In this document: one piece after another, positions 1 through 12,529 of the stretch
Layout: the number at the start of each line of letters is the position of its first letter
Position numbering within the stretch: position 1 is the stretch's first letter
NCBI RefSeq assembly: GCF_001194135.2
Contig: NC_068992.1
Span: forward strand, 44,509,257 to 44,547,392
Direction: 5' to 3'
Length of the DNA stretch: 38,136 nt
Origin: Octopus bimaculoides
Lineage: Eukaryota
The notes under the pieces: generated by a model
The model's database searches: none
Seen by the model: only the letters and a program-made list of their open reading frames with translations
What the model was told of the DNA's origin: nothing
Translations under genes and position numbers: made by a program

Positions 1-699
1 TATATATATATATATATATATATATTATATTCTTTTATTTGTTTGTCATTTGACTGCGGACCTCATGTATATAAGTGTATATACGAATGTGTGTGTGGTT
101 GCGATTTGTGTAGGTGGTTGGGTATGGTGGTGCTTTGACCGTGAACATTATATTACCATAAGAGATTGAAGGAAGGAGGTGCAGGAGTTGTGGCAGAGAG
201 GGGTAGTGAAAGGTTAACGACTAGAATGGGGAATCAGGGTGGGTGAGTGAGTAGAATGGAATGGAATGTTTTAAAAGACAGCAGAGAGGCGGTGGGAGGG
301 AACACCCTCTAATAACAGATGGAATGTTAAACAATACACATACACTCCACACATAGTCCCTAACATGAATTTACATATATCTATATGTGTGTGTGTGTAT
401 GCATACATATGCACACGTATTACACACGCACGCACGCACACATCTAAATTGATGCATAGCCCACTACACACAAGCTGAGCAAGAATTCGGCCTAGAGGAG
501 AAGCTTGTCAAAAAACGAAAACAGTGCTACTTAGACGAAATAATAGGGGTCTGTTAAGAAGGATGGGTGTGCATCTCCTCTAGCTTCTCCTCCGTACCAA
601 TGCCCCTCTTCCACGCACCATATTTTTGTAATTCTTTTTGTATTTGTCTTCTATAAGGAAATTCCATCTTGTACATATAAATTCTAGGCTAAGGAGACA

Positions 700-867
700 A
701 TTAAACACACACACACACACATATATATATACGTACATGTGTGTGTGTGTGCGTGTGTGTGTGTGTGTGTGTGAGTGTGTCTGTGGGAATGAATATATAT
801 ATATATTATACAATGTATAATATATATTAACTAATTCATTTTGTACTATTGAGGCAACACACACATA

Positions 868-938
<71 letters not shown>

Positions 939-960
939 ACACACACACACAAACGCACAC
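700..960. repeat. Compound (AC)n/(TA)n/(TG)n microsatellites
   Basis: Read directly; similar tracts at 4480-4580, 5190-5480, 8910-8970, 38090-38136. Confidence 0.95.
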
Positions 961-1339
961 TCATAAGGTGTCAATAGTCTGAACAGAATTTATAACACTT
1001 AAGATAGTGTAGGATAGGAATTACACAAGAAAAGCTACATGAGTTAGGTGTTAACCGACAGAATAAGAGTTTCACAGCAAGGAAAACAGTTGTTTGTAAA
1101 CAAATCTGCTTTTACTGTTCAGTGTCATCATATTTTATTCAACTAGTAAGAGACAGTTACTCGATGTTTGTGAGTAATGGAGAGAACGTTACTGTAATGT
1201 AAGTTGTTGATGTACTAGACACATTAATAGACATTTTTTCACACGTCTGTTTGTATGTCTGAGTACAGAGTGACAATGTCCCCCGCATTACTCATGCACA
1301 CACAACGATACATACAAATGTACATAGATAAGTTTCAGT

Positions 1340-2930
1340 GAGTATAGTCGAAGCCCTAGCTGACCTAACTTCATCGTGGGCCACCGCCTTGAAATTAAGC
1401 ACAAGGAGTGATTGTATTATCACCGATAGAATACAGTATCGCAGAGGCATATTCCAAGGGGACAGTCTCTCTGTGATGTTGTTTATACTTTCTGTAAACC
1501 CCTTGTCATTCATGTTAAGGAAGTCAGAAAGATATCTCACTGGTTCACAAGGAAACAGAAATACCAAAATTACACACTGTTTCTTTGTGGATGGCTTGAA
1601 GCTATATACCAAGAATATGCATGAGATGAAAAAAAGGCTTGACCTGGTTACAACATTTTCAAAGGATACAGGTCTGGAGTTTGGTCAGAATAAATGTTGC
1701 TAGATGGTTGTGAAACGGGGGAAAACTATAAACCAGACTAGCAACATCTCCATCAATGACTTGACCGTTTCTCCTATATCTGATGAGGAATGTTGCAGGT
1801 ATCTAGGAGTGGATGAAAACATATCTTACAATGACACCTGTAACAAAACACGTGTCGCTAAAAAATATTACAGCCGAATAAAGAAAATTTAGACCTCGGA
1901 ACTCTTTGCGTTCAATAAAATAGTGGCTTATAATGTGACCCACAACATTTGGGCTGCTTGACTAGACGCTTGAGGAGATCCGAGCCATTGATGTGAAAAC
2001 CCGGAAGATACTAACCAGCACACATAATTCCCACATTAACAGTGACGTAGACCGCCTCTACCTAAAACGAAAACAAGGTGGCCTTTGAATGTCGTATCAT
2101 ATCCTTTCGGCAACATCTATTAACCACCAAGAATCGAAGTGCATCCCTTGACCAAGTTTGCATACATAAGGCTCATAATATCATAAGACTTGAAAAATAG
2201 CTCCTTGAGTAGCATTCCTTGTCTGATAATTTTAGTAACATTGATCATCAAAACAGTCTATCATGGACCAACAACCGGATTACTATCTTCCATTTCGAGG
2301 GGTATGCGTTTGCAATCCAGGAACAGGAAATATCAACCAAATACCTGGTGCACAAAAGGGACAGAGATGCAGAAAAAGCTGTAAAATGCGACAACCGATG
2401 CAGACTTTAAAAAAAAAATTACTTCAAGTTACTATCTCCCACTGTAACATTATGTTGCTAAAACAGTATAGAATTCCATCTTTAAGGAAGACAGCATTAG
2501 AAGAAATATAGAAATTGCCCCTGGTATTTAATATATGCATATGAACAGAACGAATATTGGTGGAACATTCCAAACAAAATCTCTACGAAATCCCTCTATA
2601 ATACGCCTGAAACAATTATTGGGGACGGAGAGAAAAAAACAAAAAAAAAAAACATGTATAATCATAGAGGTTGGCTGTCCAACTGATGAGAACATTTCTT
2701 TCAAAATCTATGAGAAAACTGATTCTAAACTTACAACTTATCTACTCTGGTTACAGTCACATACCAACAATTATTGGTGCTCTTTGCTACTTAAATAGAA
2801 GCCATTTTGAGAAGCTGGGGTTATCAAAGAACTTAATACACGCTTTACAAATATAATCTGTCTGTAGAACAATATGAATATGCAAAACTTATCTGAGGTT
2901 CAGCATGTAACACTTCACTGTTATCATTAA
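1340..2930 (+). mobile_element. 5'-truncated, decayed non-LTR retrotransposon with RT and restriction-like endonuclease (R4/Dong-like)
   Basis: RT motifs YRRGIFQGDSLSVMLFILSVNPLSFML, THCFFVDGLKLY, DTGLEFGQNKC, YLGVDEN; then DVDRLYLKRKQGG, AIQEQEISTKY, RCRL (zinc-finger remnant) and CIIIEVGCP (REL nuclease); many stops and frameshifts. Confidence 0.85.
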
Positions 2931-4329
2931 AACTTCTACAAAGGAACTTGTTTCTTTCTTATAAACTAGCTCCTTCCTTGTAGAGAGGATTCAAAAAATT
3001 AAAATAGAAAGATTACATGCAAACATGCATATAAACAACATACATATGAACATAGTTACAGGCATACATGCATACATATATACATACATACAATTATTTT
3101 TGCATAAGTTCGTTTATGCTTACACATGCTTTGACGCATGCGTATATACATACGTAAAATGAACGCATATTGGGTGAATAGAGCTGAAACAGATGTTTAA
3201 CATATTGTGTCGAAGTGGTGTTGTAAAGAGATATTTAGCAATAAAATCTTCAATATTTACAAATTTTCAAGAAACACACCGTTTTTTTAGCATGGGGGTG
3301 GCATTTTAATGTCTAGCACATGTATAAGTGACTCAACAGACACTTTTTCACCATTTCCTGTTTGTTCTCACCAGAAGTGCTAAATATAAATTCATTTAAA
3401 ACCCTAATTTGATGATTTGACTACCATATTCGGAACAATAAAATGGATTCTAATTCTTTCTCGTAGATTTTAATCCTTGATTTTAGTGAAAAAAATGACC
3501 ACGAAGAATATTTCTTTGTAATATTTTGTTGAAATGATCATTTTGTAAACTATAATTTCAGAAATGCAACTACCATTTTATAAATTGAAATTTCAAAAAT
3601 GAAATTATCATTTTATAAATTGTAATTACATAAAATTATAATTTGTTTTATTATTTTATAAATAAAAGAACTTGTAAATTTGTCAGTTTTTTTCTTCATA
3701 TATTAGAGATAATTTTGCAAATTCTGGACAGGACTACGTAAGTACACGCACGCACATACGCACCACGCACGCTTGTACTCCTGCAGGCACACATACAAGC
3801 ACGCACACATGCACCACACATGCACGCACCACGCATGCACGTATTCATGCACGCAAGCACGCACGCAGAAAGTTTGTATAAAGCGTGAACACAGACTTTA
3901 TACAAACACACGAAGCAGCAAGAATTAAAGTAAAGACGTTTCTCCACTCCAGAACGTGAAAAGAATTTATTGTGGGACTCCCTCTAAATAAAAATTTCTC
4001 CTTATTTTTCTAAATCAAATCGAAGTTGATAAACTTCAGTATATGTATTGTTTGTGTTTTCAATATAGGAAGTGAATTTCCGGCCTAACCCCAAATAGAT
4101 GGTGGATTTGTTTGCATTATATTATGTCATATTATATTCCGGGTATATGTGATGTTCGTATGTTTGAGTGCAGAAGGAATTCATCTTTGTGTGGAGTACG
4201 TATGTCGTATTCAATGTTCACGTTCAGGGAAAGAAACTATCCTGGTGGTGATGGAGGAGTGGGTGGTAGTTCCTCTTTGAGATGTCGGAGTGTAAAATAT
4301 TGTTTGTGTATGTAGGGAGAGAAGGTTTC

Positions 4330-4478
4330 CGTCACCTGTATATTCTGGCTTTAGCAATAATGCTCCATGTTATCCGGGGATTGCTTACTATCCCTTCTTT
4401 CAACGTCCATATCATTTTGGATAGGGATGTTGCGTGTTTTTTTAAAATTTTTGTCCCTGAATATCGTCCTTAAACGAT

Positions 4479-4530
<52 letters not shown>

Positions 4531-4685
4531 TATACGCGCGCGTGTGCGTGTGTGTGTGTGTGAATGTGTGTGTGTGTATCTGTCCCCCCCCCACCACTTG
4601 ACAATAAGTGTTGATGCGTTTACGTCCGGAACTTAGCAGTTCAGCAAAAGAGAACGATAGAATAAGTATCAGGCTTTGCAAAACA

Positions 4686-4732
<47 letters not shown>

Positions 4733-5150
4733 GTACTGGGGTCGACAAATTCGACAAACAATTTTTAAAGTGGTGCCCCAGCATGGCCGCAATCTAATGA
4801 AACATGCAAAAGATAAAGGAATAGGCAATACGGTAAATAACATGATATACAACGATAGACAATGTTTTAGACAATATGACCGACAATACGATGTTATAAT
4901 GAAAACCAAATCAATGGATTTGGTATTTCTTGGTTGATCTCTGATATTTTAGAAGTTAGATGAGGACTATGTGAGTTTAGTTGCGTCATCCATCCATAGG
5001 TATCACGTTTAGTCGATATACTTATTAATGGTAATGTTGAATTTTGTTTTGTTCACGATAGAAACGTTTGACTATTGATGTTGGTTACAATCTTTGAATA
5101 TAATGTTGGTGGTCTTCTCTTACATAGCCATCATTAGACTACACTGGTTA
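4330..5150 (-). mobile_element. Penelope-like GIY-YIG endonuclease fragment interrupted by microsatellites and a SINE
   Basis: Minus-strand translation at about 4330-4430 gives TSLSKMIWTLKEG..ITWSIIAKARIY, the usual PLE endonuclease C-terminal pattern; weaker remnants at 4930-5150. Confidence 0.6.
4570..4815 (+). mobile_element. 3' part of tRNA-derived SINE (family C) with internal (AAT)n expansion
   Basis: Aligns by eye to the copy at 6753-7140 (gtttacgtcc..aacttag..ttc.gcaaaagaga..cgatagaataagta ... ggtgccccagcatggccgca); about 15 AAT units at 4686-4732. Confidence 0.75.
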
Positions 5151-5196
5151 CATACACATCGATATATATAGTTCGATATAGGATACGTTGATAGGG

Positions 5197-5231
<35 letters not shown>

Positions 5232-5385
5232 CACACACACATACAGATACACATACACATGTATGTGTATGTGTATGTGTATGTATGTATCAAAAAATAG
5301 CCTTGACTGAGATATAAACAGTCAGATGACAGCTGCTTCGCATAAAACTTTGTGTGTGTGTGTTTATGCGTGTGTGAGGGATAGA

Positions 5386-5416
<31 letters not shown>

Positions 5417-6752
5417 TATGTGTGTGTGTGCGTGTGTGTGTGTATGTGTATGTGTGTGTGTGTGCGCGCGCGCGTGTGTTAGTGTGGTGTACTGTTAAAG
5501 GAGGAAATAAAAATGATGGTGGTGGTGGTAGTGGTGACCTCCTCGGACACTACGATGTGTGGGAAGTGTAACAGACGAAGTGTCCCGGTAACCACGTGAC
5601 ATCTCTACGTCAGTTAATGTTGTTTTCCAACAACATTGTCATCCGGGTTACTTCATGACACGTGATGCTATTTTAGTAACAGAGAGAAACAGAGAGGTAG
5701 GGAAAGAAGAAAACAAAAAGAATGAAAGAGACAGAGACAAAGAAGGAGAGTGGGGGGAGAGACCTTCACCGAATTATACCAACATTACATTTAATATTGG
5801 ATTTTACATACCACCACCACGACCACCACGACCANNNNNNNNNNNNNNNNNNNNNNNNNNNNNNNNNNNNNNNNNNNNNNNNNNNNNNNNNNNNNNNNNN
5901 NNNNNNNNNNNNNNNNNNNNNNNNNNNNNNNNNNNNNNNNNNNNNNNNNNNNNNNNNNNNNNNNNNNNNNNNNNNNNNNNNNNNNNNNNNNNNNNNNNNN
6001 NNNNNNNNNNNNNNNNNNNNNNNNNNNNNNNNNNNNNNNNNNNNNNNNNNNNNNNNNNNNNNNNNNNNNNNNNNNNNNNNNNNNNNNNNNNNNNNNNNNN
6101 NNNNNNNNNNNNNNNNNNNNNNNNNNNNNNNNNNNNNNNNNNNNNNNNNNNNNNNNNNNNNNNNNNNNNNNNNNNNNNNNNNNNNNNNNNNNNNNNNNNN
6201 NNNNNNNNNNNNNNNNNNNNNNNNNNNNNNNNNNNNNNNNNNNNNNNNNNNNNNNNNNNNNNNNNNNNNNNNNNNNNNNNNNNNNNNNNNNNNNNNNNNN
6301 NNNNNNNNNNNNNNNNNNNNNNNNNNNNNNNNNNNNNNNNNNNNNNNNNNNNNNNNNNNNNNNNNNNNNNNNNNNNNNNNNNNNNNNNNNNNNNNNNNNN
6401 NNNNNNNNNNNNNNNNNNNNNNNNNNNNNNNNNNNNNNNNNNNNNNNNNNNNNNNNNNNNNNNNNNNNNNNNNNNNNNNNNNNNNNNNNNNNNNNNNNNN
6501 NNNNNNNNNNNNNNNNNNNNNNNNNNNNNNNNNNNNNNNNNNNNNNNNNNNNNNNNNNNNNNNNNNNNNNNNNNAAAAAAAAAAAAAAGAAAAGAAGAAA
6601 AAAAAAGGGAAAAAACCCCCAAGAGTATAGCCTGTGTTGTGCCTATATAGAAAGATAGTCACTCATCTGTTACTTATTGAAAAGTGAAAGAAATTGGAAT
6701 ACGATGATTACTTAATGCACTATAAATACACTTTATGCACAATTTTATAAAC

Positions 6753-7140
6753 TTTGGCTGTGTGGTAAGTAGCTTGTTTACCAACCACATGGTTCCGGTT
6801 TCAGTCCCACTGCATGGCACTTTGGGCAAGTGTCTTCTACTATAGCCTCGGGCCGACGAAAGCCTTGTGAGTGGATTTGGTAGATGGAAACTGAAAGAAG
6901 CCCATCGTGTATATGTATATGTATATATATTTGTGTGTCTGTTTGTCCCCCACCCAACATCGCTTGACAACTGATGCTGGTGTGTTTACGTCTCCGTAAC
7001 TTAGAGGTTCGGCAAAAGAGACGATAGAATAAGTACTAAGCTTACAAAGAATAAGTCTTGGGGTCGATTTGCTCGACTAAAGGCGGTGCCCCAGCATGGC
7101 CGCAGTCAAATGACTGAAACAAGTAAAAAAAAAAAAAGAG
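6753..7140 (+). mobile_element. Near full-length tRNA-derived SINE (family C)
   Basis: Head with A-box-like TGGCTGTGTGGT and B-box-like GGTTTCAGTCC, central (TA/TG)n, A-rich tail; homologous pieces at 4570, 11445, 29670, 35840. Confidence 0.8.
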
Positions 7141-7495
7141 AACACTCATAAAATAAAATATTCACTCTTATTTTTCCATTTTTCCCATAAGAAAAAAATC
7201 CCGTACATATGATACAACCTTTAGTTAAATTGCATATATCTTCCACGTATATAAGCGTGAATATTTCAAGGAATTGCACTTATGCGCATGCGTTAACTGA
7301 TAGGTGATATAAAAAGCTTAGTTCAATTAAAAAAATATATATATACATATAGCCGTCCAGGAATCCATAAGTCTTAAAACATATGCACTCGTATATTTGT
7401 CAATAGAGTGGGTATATTAATCGAAGTGTATAGTATTATATATCCATTACTATGAAAAAAAAGTCGAAACGAGTCGAACAAAGGATAAGGGTTTT

Positions 7496-7577
7496 GCCCC
7501 TTGTCTGTGCACCCGATTAAGAGTTAAGCCCCTTGTCTGTGCACCCGATTAAGAGTTAAGCCCCTTGTCTGGGCACG
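7496..7577. repeat. 32-bp tandem repeat x about 2.5 (gccccttgtctgtgcacccgattaagagttaa)
   Basis: Two identical units plus a partial third, read directly. Confidence 0.92.
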
Positions 7578-7589
7578 CACTAAAAAAAA

Positions 7590-8040
7590 TTTAAAGACAT
7601 ATCTGTTTATAAATAGACTAAAACGTGAGACGGAGGCAGAATGCTCATTTAGATATAACACATCATGTCCACTAAACGACCACTGTAATATGGAAACAAC
7701 AATTAGACCAAATTGACAACCAAACGTGCGAAAGTATGAGGGAGCAATTGAAGGCCCCTTCGGGGTCTGATATAACAACCTCAAGTCCCCCTTCAACATA
7801 CCAGAGAGATGAAACATCACAAGCCTGGCCAAGCACATGTAGTCGTTGAAAGAAAGCACCACGGAATGCAGCAAACAGTAGAGGATATTACAGAAATGTA
7901 AAGCTTACTTCAATGGTAGCAGGAAGTGCCGATTATGCTTGGCTGAGAAAGAAGTAATATTAAAGAATTCTCAGCACACAGGCATCTATCTGAAAAGCAG
8001 AAGCGAAATTTTTAATCCTTGCCTACATGAAAGAAAGTAC
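7590..8040 (+). mobile_element. Penelope-like GIY-YIG endonuclease fragment
   Basis: Translates as CPLNDHC..KYEGAIEGPFGV*YNNLKSPF..ITSLAKHM*SLKE..RILQKCKAYFNGSRKCRLCLAEKEVIL, with stops. Confidence 0.75.
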
Positions 8041-9419
8041 ACCCTATCATACCTGCGTGCCCCATCGTGACTATAACTGCTGGTTTCTCAACTTCGGCTC
8101 TCCCACCACCAGTACCTGTGAATCCGGCAAAGAGTTTGACCAGAACATACACAAACGCGCTCACAGATACAGACACGCCCTAACACGGTGGATTTCCACT
8201 CTTCCTCCCCAATATAAGCCCTCACACATATAGTACCCTTACACATACCCCGTACCTACATAAATGCTCCAAAGAATTTAACCAAAACATAAACACTAAT
8301 GTTTATGCGGCCTTTGGGTACTCGCCTCCACCCCCACGTCCCGTAAACACTACACATAGAATATCACTGCATACATTTCAACTCTGCAAGAGCAACAACC
8401 TTAAAACATACTCACACAATTCCCATACACACTTTTCTAGAAAACTCTTGTCGCTGTGCATCATCCCCAGACGCAATTTTTTAGTGCCAAGGAGTAAAAC
8501 TCAACTTAACCTTTGCTTGATTCGTTTCGTCATCTTTTTTCACAATAACCACAAACCAGATGTGTTTTTTCGCCTCCAACAGTAGAGAGCAGTCAATATA
8601 TTCATTCCATAACTGTCATCTCTGCAGAGCGCAGGGTTACATAATCGGGTTGTTATCTAACAGTCTGTTGAACACTTAGTACGAAACCTACTGGTAAGAC
8701 CGGCCATAATGGATATATAATACTGTACACTTCAATGTGTGTGGGTGTATGACGTTATATAACTTGAACTTGAGTTGAGTCACTCTATACTGTGCATTAT
8801 ATAAAATGATATTACTCTTAAACTTTTAGGTGTGGTGACCTTGAATAGGTTCTGTTTTAAGTACATTGAAATTACATTTCGAGAAAAAAGGCATAAACGC
8901 AAATACGTAAACACACACACACACACACACACACACATTCATACACACACACACACACATATATATATACATATTTCAACCCATTTATACCGGAAATACC
9001 TAAATACGTATATCATCAAAATATCTTTGAAATAAGTCTTTCAACTTATGATCATAATCTCTTGCTGCAGGCTTGCCAGAATATCTCGGAAGATTTTCCG
9101 AGAATGTCATACAAAGAACCGTGTTATGCANNNNNNNNNNNNNNNNNNNNNNNNNNNNNNNNNNNNNNNNNNNNNNNNNNNNNNNNNNNNNNNNNNNNNN
9201 NNNNNNNNNNNNNNNNNNNNNNNNNNNNNNNNNNNNNNNNNNNNNNNNNNNNNNNNNNNNNNNNNNNNNNNNNNNNNNNNNNNNNNNNNNNNNNNNNNNN
9301 NNNNNNNNNNNNNNNNNNNNNNNNNNNNNNNNNNNNNNNNNNNNNNNNNNNNNNNNNNNNNNNNNNNNNNNNNNNNNNNNNNNNNNNNNNNNNNNNNNNN
9401 NNNNNNNNNNNNNNNNNNT

Positions 9420-9880
9420 AATCAAAACAAGCAACAGGATATTAAGTAGTGATGCAGTACGACCATTTCAAGCGACTCTATTTAATTGAACAATGCAATC
9501 ACTCTTGCCATTTATTCTGAACAGACACAGTCCTCTAGTCTTAGATTTAGTAGTTGATAAAGAGATAAATGAATTAGAAATGAATCACAATCCTTTACTA
9601 GCTATGACCCTAATGGGCTTCATGCGATTCTTGGAAGTGTAGTCTATTCTTAGCTACAATAGCGACAACAGGGATTTCTTCCATCTTCTTGCTCTGTTAA
9701 AGTATTTGAGAAAAATTATATTAATGTGCCCAACTAGTTAAAATTCTATTTATTTATTTGTGCAACTGATGATGGCACTGCATTTAAATTGATGTAATGA
9801 TTGTATTGTCCAATTAAATGGAGCCGTTCGAAACGGTCGTACTGCATCACTACTTGATATCCTGTTGCTTATTTTGATTT
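9420..9880. mobile_element. MITE-like element with about 95-bp imperfect inverted repeats
   Basis: 9420-9515 (aagcaacaggatattaagtagtgatgcagtacgacc...) is the near reverse complement of 9785-9880; left end runs into an N gap. Confidence 0.75.
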
Positions 9881-10329
9881 TATTCACCTTACTTCGAGCT
9901 GTGCGGATAATACCGGACTGACTTGGTGCTTCACCTTGAGTACCTAATTCAGCTGAATATCAATTATATATATATATATACAACTGAAGGCTCGGACGAG
10001 GTAGGTTGATAAGATTTTGCAATTTCGACAAATGTTTCTGTCATCTTGTCATTTGATTTACTAAAACATGCATGTTTTACCAGTTACTTTTTCTCTCTTA
10101 TAATAATTACTATATGTGATTATATGCACACACACACGCACACACACACGTACACGTACACTTATATTCACATACACAGAAAGCCAACTGTTGATCAGAG
10201 TGGACCTCATATTTGCACCTGTATCAAAGTGCAAGTCTGGTCAAAGATATTTTTGTCCCGGAAGACTAACAACTACCAATATCTGCAGATCTCTACTCAT
10301 CGTGCAACAGATTCTGTTGAAAGGGCAAT

Positions 10330-10530
10330 ACAAATGGGCACCAGATTTAAAGATATTCAGCAAAGCATCGCATCTGATATTCTAACAGTTCTGCCAATTC
10401 ACAGACCTGTATTTGCATATTTTTATTGACCTTGAATGGATGACAGCCAAAGCTGACGCCAACAAAATTTGATCTCGACGCAGAATGTTAAACTGAATAG
10501 TGGAAGGCATTTCATCCGATATTCTAACTT
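10330..10530 (-). mobile_element. Diverged SINE-like repeat (family A)
   Basis: Reverse complement contains gtgaattggcagaactgttag and a diverged family A body. Confidence 0.5.
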
Positions 10531-11392
10531 ATTAGTCTATTCACTTTCGTACATACATACAGGCAGTCATATAATATGTCTATTCACATATACATACATA
10601 CATACGCATAGACATACATACATACATGTTTGATAATAATGATATATATTACGCGAGCGCGTGTGTGCGTAGTTACTCTTAGTGCTGCTGGTAACACGTA
10701 ACCGAATACAATTTGTCTCATGGTCGGGTTACCGGTAACTAACCCAGTGACCTTACCAACCCTTCTTGGCCGGGAGGGTAGTTTTCGTTGAACATCTAGC
10801 AGGACAAGAAGCAGAATTTGTCAAGCTACTCCCCAACAGCTGGGAGTGAGAGACCCTCTGCCTTTTCTTAAACATCTCTGTAGGAGAAGGAAGTCTCTGA
10901 TGTAACATCTGCGGCTTCGTTTGCACCCAATAAGGTAGATTAATTCTCCTTTTTTGAGCAAATGCTTACTTCATTTAGAGGGTGGCACAGGCTCTGTGCA
11001 AATCTTTTCCTCACTTTAAAAATCTTCAGGCACAGAAACCGTTGCATACTGTGGCTGGCCGTTGTCGTAAAAAGGTAAAAATGCTAAATGTAACATTCCA
11101 AGATGGAATGAAGACATGCGGTCAGAGTGTCTGAGTACTCTGAATGCATGCTGCAAAACGCGCTCATCGTTGTCACATCTGTGTAAAAGAGTGTAGTTCC
11201 CTTGCAAGACTGAAAGAGAACAATCTAGCGACTGAATTCATCGAAAATCGAGTTACAGGAATTACACACACACACATACACACTTATACACACATCCACT
11301 CACATACAAATACACGTGTATTCCAATGCAGATGCAGGTGTATATCTATTAATCTACGCAAACACACATATACCCTGCCATAAATATATCTA

Positions 11393-11423
11393 TACTAGCA
11401 GAGATACCCGGAGCTGATCGGGA
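11393..11423 (+). mobile_element. Possible Helitron/Helentron-type terminus remnant
   Basis: TACTAG followed by a GC hairpin (cccg-gagctgat-cggg); resemblance only. Confidence 0.3.
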
Positions 11424-11444
11424 TTACAATGGTATAGTTTTTTT

Positions 11445-11610
11445 TTATTGTTTTACTTATTTCGGTCATGTGACTGCGGCCATGATGGAACACTGCCTTT
11501 AGTCGAAGAAATCGATCCCAGGATTTATTGTTTGTAAGCTTAGTACTTATTCTATCGGTTTGTTTTGCCAAACCGCTAAGTTATGGGGACGTAAACACAG
11601 CAATATCGGT
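11445..11610 (-). mobile_element. SINE family C 3' fragment
   Basis: Reverse complement of the 3' half of the 6753-7140 copy. Confidence 0.7.
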
Positions 11611-12149
11611 TTTCAAGCGATGGTGGGGGTACAAACACAGACATACCCATATATATATATATTGTGTTTATATATATGTATCCGTAGGCACTACTGGTGT
11701 TATACCTAGTTATGTATAGACCTTGTTGCAAGGTTAACAATAGTTGGTAATTTAAATGGTAAACCTTGGTTTAATATATTCAGATAAGAAAAGAAATGGA
11801 GCAACAATTAACAATTAGAAGTTGATCATTGGTATTAAATGATCATAGTGTAATTGTTGTTAAAAGGATGTTTACAGCTGTTTCAGTATGTTATTTTTGA
11901 AGTAAATTTGCATTTATCACGTTCCATGTAACAAACATCACCAGAATGATTTAGATTATAATTCTATTAACTATTTAGAGTATAATTCTATTAACTATTT
12001 AGATGCTAATTGTAATTTAACCACGAGATTACACGAACTATACATTAAACCTAATATCAACCTCAAATATATTAATGTACATAGTAACCACCCAAACTTC
12101 AATTCACCAATCTTACTCAGAAATGGGCTGACAGAAAGCGCTCTTTCTT

Positions 12150-12495
12150 ATATAAAAGTGGACTGAAATGTTCATATGCTGAATAAGAAGGAGTAATATT
12201 AGAGCTGTGAAATCTTGCATGCATTAATTTCAACCTTTCTTATTAACTGCATTATTTCTTTCCAGGTAAACATACAACTGTTCAAAGAAGGCTTCAAAAG
12301 GAATTGATGGCGACTTTTCTCCAAAATCGACAAAATTTGGCATCGTGATGTTATCAAGTACCTGTAGAAAAAAGGGTTCGGCCCCCAAAGGCATTCAAGG
12401 GGACTATATCGAAAAGTAAACCTCATTTGGTCATATTCCATGTCATGTGAGTATCTTGGTCAGCCTATGAACTTTTCAGTTGACCCTCGTATATT
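12150..12495 (+). mobile_element. Internally deleted mariner element
   Basis: Right TIR on minus reads TACGAGGGTCAACTGAAAAGTTCATAGGCTGACC; degenerate left TIR at about 12155-12188 (actgaaatgttcatatgctga); transposase start remnant WHRDVIKYL*KKGFGPKGI. Confidence 0.7.
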
Positions 12496-12529
12496 ACCAC
12501 CTCACAGTCGTGTTTTCCTCCAATTTACG

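Noticed and set aside
271-960. CV/HT-rich ORFs (also 4367-4909, 5326-5571, 8832-9035)
   Set aside because: Translations of dinucleotide and trinucleotide microsatellites.
5655-6662. Long ORFs of 270-330 aa in the ORF track (also 9000-9489 and 36770-37106)
   Set aside because: They are open only because they cross N gaps.
6753-6830. tRNA-like A/B boxes
   Set aside because: SINE head continuing into a repeat body; no cloverleaf, so not a tRNA gene.
8661-8700. Hammerhead-like motif CTGTTGA...GAAACC-TACT-GGTA downstream of the Penelope-like fragment
   Set aside because: PLEs do carry hammerheads, but the core is CUGUUGA rather than CUGANGA, stem II cannot pair and stem I is poor; at best a dead relic.
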